A stretch of 63,157 bases of DNA, counting the filler, from Stramenopiles sp. TOSAG23-2 (Eukaryota): NCBI GenBank assembly GCA_900128395.1. It is 5 parts of 5 records of this genome, joined end to end, with 100 filler letters (N's around TTAATTAATTAA, not from the genome) between each part and the next. Parts side by side here need not be neighbours in the genome. Positions count along the whole stretch, not along the records: positions 29,098 to 58,037 come from LT649394.1; positions 58,138 to 59,744 come from LT652609.1; positions 59,845 to 61,451 come from LT652610.1; positions 61,552 to 63,157 come from LT652611.1; 1 more part is not named here. The stretch is one strand, 5' to 3'. Position numbers and translations under genes: made by a program. Below the pieces are notes generated by a model. It saw only the letters and a program-made list of their open reading frames with translations, did no database searches and had not been told where the DNA came from. Within the stretch, counting starts at the first letter, position 1; each line of letters starts with the position of its first letter. Shown in pieces: positions 57,060 to 63,157 of the stretch.

Positions 57060-57731
57060 ATGAGTCTTGTCATTGGACAAAAAAGGGAATATTATACACC
57101 CAATGAAGTAGCTTTACATAATTGTATGGAAGATTGTTGGGTATCAATATTTGGAAAAGTATATGATTTATCCAACTTTTTAGCAGATAGGAAAGGGCCG
57201 TTAGCACAGCCTATTATTAAATTTGCCGGTGAAGATATCTCTCATTGGTTTGATGAAGAGACGGGCAATGTCAAAACGTACATGGATGAGGAAACAACTT
57301 TGGAATTGCCATATACACCTCATGGTAGATTTATTCATATACCACCACGTGAACCTATGGCAGATTGGAGAACAGATTTTGGTACGCCATGGTGGAGAAA
57401 CCCAGATCTATGTATTGGAAAATTAAGTCAAAAAACACAAAACGTAAGAATAGTCAATACATTATCAAAACAAGAAGTTATTTTGGAAGTATGCACAGAA
57501 GAATCTATGCAGCAAATATTAGATCGTTACATGGATTACAATGGACATGCATCTAGTTACACTTGGAAATCATTAGATAATGGTGATTTCAGACCTTTAG
57601 ATATGGCTAAGACATTGGAACAAAATGGTATATACGATGAAAGAAAAGAATTTGAACGTTTACGTATTGATAGTGATTTTTATGTACCAGTATTGCATTT
57701 GTATTATAATGATGATTTAACTGTTGCATAA
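57060..57731 (+). CDS. CYB5D1: Cytochrome b5 domain-containing protein 1 (ciliary)
   Basis: YYTPNEVALHN..DCWVS..GKVYDL, AGEDISHWFD, GRFIH, PWW, YNGHASSYTWK, HLYYNDDLT. Confidence 0.93.
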   Translation: MSLVIGQKREYYTPNEVALHNCMEDCWVSIFGKVYDLSNFLADRKGPLAQPIIKFAGEDISHWFDEETGNVKTYMDEETTLELPYTPHGRFIHIPPREPMADWRTDFGTPWWRNPDLCIGKLSQKTQNVRIVNTLSKQEVILEVCTEESMQQILDRYMDYNGHASSYTWKSLDNGDFRPLDMAKTLEQNGIYDERKEFERLRIDSDFYVPVLHLYYNDDLTVA

Positions 57732-58037
57732 ACAATAAAATGTAAAAAATATTTAAAAAATCTTGATAAAAAAAATGTTAGAGAGAGAGAGTGAGGAGAT
57801 ATTACTAATATTATTTTTTGTAAAAAAAACATATTATATTTTTAAGCGAGTAGCTCTTAGTTAGCTGGTTAGTATTATTATACCAGGTATAACAAAAAAC
57901 TGTATTATGTGCTTATCACAGCGTAACAAAACTAGCTCTAACCTGGCTAACAAAATAACACTATTCACTATAGGGGAAATATGTATATATCGTTTTCTAA
58001 AATGCCAATTTTATTTTTCATATATTTGTAAAAAATA

Positions 58038-58137
58038 NNNNNNNNNNNNNNNNNNNNNNNNNNNNNNNNNNNNNNNNNNNNTTAATTAATTAANNNNNNN
58101 NNNNNNNNNNNNNNNNNNNNNNNNNNNNNNNNNNNNN
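58038..58137. other. Artificial contig linker
   Basis: N44-TTAATTAATTAA-N44. Confidence 0.98.
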
Positions 58138-58309
58138 TTGGTGGTTATCGTCGGCCAATACTAATACAATTCTGGTGCATTGCTATATCAGGGTGGGACC
58201 ATTCAACGTATGTGCGCGCATACATATATATACATATAATATATATTATCTGCTTACTTCTATTCGTACTTTAACAATACTATTTCCATAACAGCTTATT
58301 TTCTACAGA

Positions 58310-59260
58310 ATGTCTGCCATTGCTAACGAACTATCGGAATCAATGGCCAAAACCAAACTTGACGATAAACCAAAATTTATCAAAAGTGAAACTTTTGATG
58401 GTGCAAAGCCTGGTTACAAGTTTCAAAAGGGCGGTGAAGGAGTTGGTTATTACATTGATGTGATACCAACTCCAACTGAGGTTAAAATTGAGAAGACGCC
58501 ACTTGAAAAAATTATGGAAAGTTTTGATGATGAGAAAAAAGGAAACGTCACAAAATTTCTACGTTGGGCACAAGAAACCTGGTTAGTGTCTGAGGAATTA
58601 GCAAATACTATTAAAACAAAATGTGAAAATAAAGAGGCGAAAGACAGGCAAGAAATTATACAAGATATATTTAAGGAAGGGTATAACAAAGAATGGATCA
58701 AAACGGTGGAGAGTGACTTGGATGTCAGGGAATATTCTGCTGAAAAACGCTTAACTTTCGCGTTGGATAAATATGTTAATGGTGGTAGAGATATGGAATT
58801 AATAAAACTGTATAGATCTTTTCGTAAAGTTGAAGAACAAACTTTTTATATTGGTATTTATGGTAAAGAAGGATACATGAAGCAAGAGGAAAAAAGCAAA
58901 CAAGTCGAAACATATGCCATGGAAGTTCAGAAAAAATTTGTAAAATTTTTAGATTCCGAAGATGGAATTGAAAAACTAAATGCCGAAGCACAAAAATTAA
59001 TGCCAGCTTACATTGAAGTCAGGGACAAAATTCAAAGTAAAGAATTGGATCCCGCAACCATGGATGTTGAGTCACTCAAGCCAATGATTGAGTTTCAAAT
59101 TTTGGAATCAATTATGCAACAATTAATGGGTGGTGGTGGTCACGGGCATTCGCATGGAGGGAAACCATGTGGCGGCCATGGTCATGCGCATGAAGGGGGC
59201 CACAGCCATGCATCCCATGGCCATAGTCATGGCGGTAAACCATGCGATGGCAATCATTAA
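58310..59260 (+). CDS. Helical protein with N-terminal FxGxxxGYxFxxGxxGxGYYxD motif and His/Cys-rich tail
   Basis: FDGAKPGYKFQKGGEGVGYYID; C-terminal HGHSHGGKPC twice. Confidence 0.8.
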   Translation: MSAIANELSESMAKTKLDDKPKFIKSETFDGAKPGYKFQKGGEGVGYYIDVIPTPTEVKIEKTPLEKIMESFDDEKKGNVTKFLRWAQETWLVSEELANTIKTKCENKEAKDRQEIIQDIFKEGYNKEWIKTVESDLDVREYSAEKRLTFALDKYVNGGRDMELIKLYRSFRKVEEQTFYIGIYGKEGYMKQEEKSKQVETYAMEVQKKFVKFLDSEDGIEKLNAEAQKLMPAYIEVRDKIQSKELDPATMDVESLKPMIEFQILESIMQQLMGGGGHGHSHGGKPCGGHGHAHEGGHSHASHGHSHGGKPCDGNH

Positions 59261-59744
59261 ATGAGTTTTATCATGCGTAATGATTATCATTCCATATGTG
59301 TTCCCATGTTCTATCCCCATTAGTGCGCATCTATACGTGTATAAACGCACGTCTAATTGTGTTTATTTATGAAAATATCAACAGCAGCAGCAAGTACAAA
59401 TTGCATGTAAGAAAATTTTTGTCAATATAATTGAGCCCAACAACTATTTACTTTTTCACACAGCAAAAGCCACAGTCTGTGTAAACTACCTTGTCTATAT
59501 GAGTGAGCCACGTCATTGTTGAATACAAATCTTGTAGTTTGTCGCGTTTTTGATTAATAAAATTTTGAGGGGGGTAACTGTAACTTATGATATTATCTCC
59601 AACGCGTTGCAAATTAATAAAATTAATATATCTATAATTGCACGAGATTAACCATATACCAAATATTATCCTTTTTTCTATTAAATTTACAATGAAATCA
59701 TTTATCTCTATTCCTGAAATATCAATTTACATATTTATCAACAT

Positions 59745-59844
59745 NNNNNNNNNNNNNNNNNNNNNNNNNNNNNNNNNNNNNNNNNNNNTTAATTAATTAA
59801 NNNNNNNNNNNNNNNNNNNNNNNNNNNNNNNNNNNNNNNNNNNN
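59745..59844. other. Artificial contig linker
   Basis: N44-TTAATTAATTAA-N44. Confidence 0.98.
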
Positions 59845-59848
59845 ATGT

Positions 59849-59951
59849 TATGTGAAAAACCAAAAAAAGTGTAGTAATAATTACGGAAGTATTATTTCAA
59901 ATAAATACATCAGTATGTGAAAAACCAAATAGTAGTAATTACGGAAGTATT
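59849..59951. repeat. Imperfect direct repeat (~40 bp, two copies) upstream of the transporter gene
   Basis: TATGTGAAAAACCAAA...GTAGTAAT..TTACGGAAGTATT at 59849 and 59914. Confidence 0.75.
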
Positions 59952-60028
59952 TTTAATCTTCTTCTTCTTTTTTTTCTCTCTTTCTATCTTTCTATCTTGC
60001 TTTCTTTTGTAATACGGTAAATAACAAG

Positions 60029-61120
60029 ATGCTGTTACAAACAGCGAAATATGCATCATTAGCAGCTATTATTTTTTTTTGGGTCGTACAGGCAGAATGG
60101 AGTCAATATATTCAAAGACATAATGCATTTAATAAACCATTTATGTTGACTTGGATAAATCATTCAACGCTTTCTGTTTGGTTTCTAATTGCAACAATAT
60201 ATGTAAAAATACATGGTGTACGGTTCGAGTCAAACAAGGAAACAATATATTCCATTACAGAATATTTAAAAAAGTATAATTTATCGGTGAAAAAATATGC
60301 ATTTCAAGGAATAGCTTTTGGTTTATTGTATTTAATTCCAAATGTTATGTATTTTTATGCGCTTGGATATGGTAGTAGTGTAGGAATTGCAACTACAATC
60401 TTTAATACAAATATTGCTGCAGCATATGTATTTTCAGTTATATTATTGAATGAAGTGGTAACCATTAAAAAATCTGTTGGTGTATTATTATGTATCACTG
60501 GTACATTTCTTGTATCAGTATTAGCAAAGCCAGATGAACCAATTACTTTTGATTTTATGGATTTTTTTACATTCTTCGCAGCATTAATATTTGGTCTATG
60601 GGAAGTTTTATATAAGAAATTTGCAGTTGGTGATGATTCTCCAACGTTATTGTTATTATTTATATATGGTAGTTATGGTTTGGTACACTTTTTTTTATTT
60701 TGGATTTTCATGTGGCCATTAAATGAATTAAAAATTGAAATTTTTCATTTACCTTCATTCGATCAATTTCAATTAATATTAGTCAATATGTTTCTAGCAA
60801 CTATGTTTAATTGCTCATTTTTCACTGCATTAGCAATTATAGATAGTCCAGTGTTAGTAAGTATTGCATGTTTATTAACAATACCAGCAACAACTATAGT
60901 CGATTATATATTGTACCATCGAAATTTAAGTACATTTGAAATCATTGGTGGTATTATGATTATCATAGGATTTTTATTATTTTCTGTTGTTTTAAATAAG
61001 GAGGAAGAAAATAATATAGATGATGATGAAGAAGAACAAAATGGAGTAAATATTATTATTGATGATGATGATGATGAAAATGGAATAAATACGTCATATA
61101 CAAGTTATCAAAGAATGTAG
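60029..61120 (+). CDS. EamA/DMT superfamily transporter, SLC35F-like
   Basis: About 10 TMs; WV..AEWSQYI..FNKPFMLTW, YVFSVILLNE, EVLYKK, SPVLVSI..LTIP..D. Confidence 0.88.
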   Translation: MLLQTAKYASLAAIIFFWVVQAEWSQYIQRHNAFNKPFMLTWINHSTLSVWFLIATIYVKIHGVRFESNKETIYSITEYLKKYNLSVKKYAFQGIAFGLLYLIPNVMYFYALGYGSSVGIATTIFNTNIAAAYVFSVILLNEVVTIKKSVGVLLCITGTFLVSVLAKPDEPITFDFMDFFTFFAALIFGLWEVLYKKFAVGDDSPTLLLLFIYGSYGLVHFFLFWIFMWPLNELKIEIFHLPSFDQFQLILVNMFLATMFNCSFFTALAIIDSPVLVSIACLLTIPATTIVDYILYHRNLSTFEIIGGIMIIIGFLLFSVVLNKEEENNIDDDEEEQNGVNIIIDDDDDENGINTSYTSYQRM

Positions 61121-61306
61121 AGATTGGAAGGGAGAGAGTAAAAGTTTTTTTTATCGAATATAATTAATGTATTTACTTGTTTAATACTTCGCACGTAATT
61201 ACTGTTTCGTTCAACTTTTTACGTGTACGAAGTACGAGTATAAAACTATTTTTTACGGTGTACGAACTTCGTATGATATGCATATTTGTATTATAGAGTT
61301 ATAATT

Positions 61307-61450
61307 TTATTTATACTGCAAATTATCTACACAATTTCCTTGATCGTAATTACATTCTTCAATGTTACAACTAACATCACAATAATAACCATCACTTTGA
61401 TCAACTTCTTCTTTTTTATACCAACAATATTTTGAACACATTTTTTCAAA
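61307..61450 (-). CDS. 3' end of a gene encoding an LNR (Lin12/Notch) repeat
   Basis: Manual translation FEKMCSKYCW...DGYYCDVSCNIEECNYDQGNCVDNLQYK*; 5' part lost at contig end. Confidence 0.75.
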   Translation of the reverse strand, partial: FEKMCSKYCWYKKEEVDQSDGYYCDVSCNIEECNYDQGNCVDNLQYK

Positions 61451-61451
61451 A

Positions 61452-61551
61452 NNNNNNNNNNNNNNNNNNNNNNNNNNNNNNNNNNNNNNNNNNNNTTAAT
61501 TAATTAANNNNNNNNNNNNNNNNNNNNNNNNNNNNNNNNNNNNNNNNNNNN
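61452..61551. other. Artificial contig linker
   Basis: N44-TTAATTAATTAA-N44. Confidence 0.98.
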
Positions 61552-61836
61552 ACACAGGACTATGGTTATGAACGGGCTTTAATATATACACATTTATAAT
61601 CATTATTATATATAAAAACAATCAAACGTTCCATCTATTGTATCATATATAATATTAACAAAGATAAAACAAAACGCATTTCTTTTTTTTTGAAGTAGTA
61701 TAACAACGTATATATATATATATATATATTAAAATATAAATATATATATTAAAAGAAGATTTATTTCAGATATCAATTTACAAGAAGAAAAATATACAAA
61801 AAAAAAAAAAAAAAGTATTATTTTGCATCAGGTATT

Positions 61837-63157
61837 ATGTCTCAATTTGCCAACAGTTCAGCAAATAATAACAACAACAATACAATGCCAACAAAACAAT
61901 ATCGAACAACGTTTTGTTCATTGGAAAATTTACACCATCATTATGACAAAGGTGAAATTTGGAATCGTGACGAGCATCCATTACCAAAACCAGATGTAGA
62001 CCAACATTCATCCGCATTTGACCATTTATTTTGGAATTATCCCAGTGGAACATTGCATGGGTGGGTGTGGCAGTGCATTATCAATTGCCATCGGATGCTA
62101 AATGATGATCTTCAAGGATATATTTCTTTGAATGAGATCAATCAATATCCAAAGTGTAAAGACTATTTTTGTGAAGTCTTTGGTAGTTGGGGTAATTTAC
62201 CGACTTACAGTGTGAACTATGGAAGAGGAAATGTTCGAAAGACATGCGTATTAAGTCCTCATAATTATTTACGTATTATTCTTCAAAAAGCAGCAGCAAC
62301 AGTACCAGAAAATCTTGACATGGAATCGTTGAATCAAGCTGTTTTGCAACAAATCGAAGAAATTGTCAACAGGGCATTGGAAACGCAATCGATGGCTGTT
62401 CGCATTCAAGAAGATTGGCATAGTATTCTTACTTATAAAAAGCAAATTATGACAATTTATGAACTATTTGATGAGCTAGATACAAATAAAGATGGTCAAT
62501 TTAACGAAGATGATTTTCCACATAACGAATCGTTTTGCAATGTATTAAAGTATTGGAGGGAGAAATACAATAACAATGTTTCATCTATACGATTTAATGT
62601 TAATCAAGTAATACGATGTTTATTACGAGATGCAAATGACCGGTTCAAAATGCAAACTGTTATAACGCAAAGTATTGGTGAATTGGTTGGAAAACGGATT
62701 GGACAATTTAGGCAGGAAATTCAGTTGAAAGCAACTATGAAAGAAGTAGTGGTGGATAAGAAGAAAAAGAGTGCTGCATATATGAAATGGGAAAACATTT
62801 TTGGCAGTGGTGCGCATAATCAATTGAGTGGAAAGAATCTCACGGATGAGGATGCATTAGCTATTGGTGAATGGTTAAAAACGAATACATTAAAGGAGTT
62901 GATCCTATGGAATAATCAACTTAGTGATAACATGAAATCACAATTAAATGCTATAAATCAATATATTATTAAATCATTTCAACGAATTAGTAATGATGAA
63001 AAAAATGAATCTGAAATTCGTCATGGCAGAAAAAAATCAGTAGATGATTTATCACCTGAAGAAAAAGAACGTATGAAACAAAAAATATTAAATGAAGAAA
63101 GAGAACGAATACGTGCAGAGGTTTTGAAGGAAGAAAGGGAACGAATACGTGCAGAGG
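61837..63157 (+). CDS. Partial protein with EF-hand, RI-type LRR remnant and EERERIRAE repeats (runs off window)
   Basis: Open frame from ATG 61837 to window end, absent from the ORF track; FDELDTNKDGQFNEDD, LTDEDALAIGEWL..LKELILWNNQL. Confidence 0.8.
   Translation, partial: MSQFANSSANNNNNNTMPTKQYRTTFCSLENLHHHYDKGEIWNRDEHPLPKPDVDQHSSAFDHLFWNYPSGTLHGWVWQCIINCHRMLNDDLQGYISLNEINQYPKCKDYFCEVFGSWGNLPTYSVNYGRGNVRKTCVLSPHNYLRIILQKAAATVPENLDMESLNQAVLQQIEEIVNRALETQSMAVRIQEDWHSILTYKKQIMTIYELFDELDTNKDGQFNEDDFPHNESFCNVLKYWREKYNNNVSSIRFNVNQVIRCLLRDANDRFKMQTVITQSIGELVGKRIGQFRQEIQLKATMKEVVVDKKKKSAAYMKWENIFGSGAHNQLSGKNLTDEDALAIGEWLKTNTLKELILWNNQLSDNMKSQLNAINQYIIKSFQRISNDEKNESEIRHGRKKSVDDLSPEEKERMKQKILNEERERIRAEVLKEERERIRAE

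Overview
AT-rich, gene-dense, nearly intron-free eukaryotic nuclear DNA, most likely from a flagellated protist. A stramenopile-like source is my inference from the gene set and poly-Asn (AAT) tracts. It is a pseudo-scaffold of five contigs joined by four artificial 100-bp N44-TTAATTAATTAA-N44 linkers. Recognisable genes are ATM1/ABCB7, RRM1, Twinkle primase-helicase, KIF-binding protein, CYB5D1, a TECR/steroid reductase, a membrane-anchored tandem rhodanese, a TLDc protein (one 79-nt intron), a RING-OSCA/TMEM63-like channel, a nischarin/STK11IP-like LRR protein, a DnaJ protein and an SLC35F/EamA transporter. The most interesting signals are non-coding: (1) a ~75-80-bp element present twice, each copy followed by a GC-richer, structured RNA-like segment (24.6 kb and 51.0 kb); (2) an 840-bp motif array with CCGACATGTCGG palindromes starting at a hAT-like CAGGGTTGGCA; (3) a polarity-linked intergenic vocabulary, with CCWGG/CAG/CTAG islands upstream of genes and TACG/CGTA tracts downstream. 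There is also a catalytically dead trypsin fused to Cys-rich repeats and a frameshifted secreted EF-hand-like gene. An exact 55-bp inverted junction splits a gene, pointing to amplification or assembly chimeras. No multi-gene novel system can be firmly established from sequence alone.
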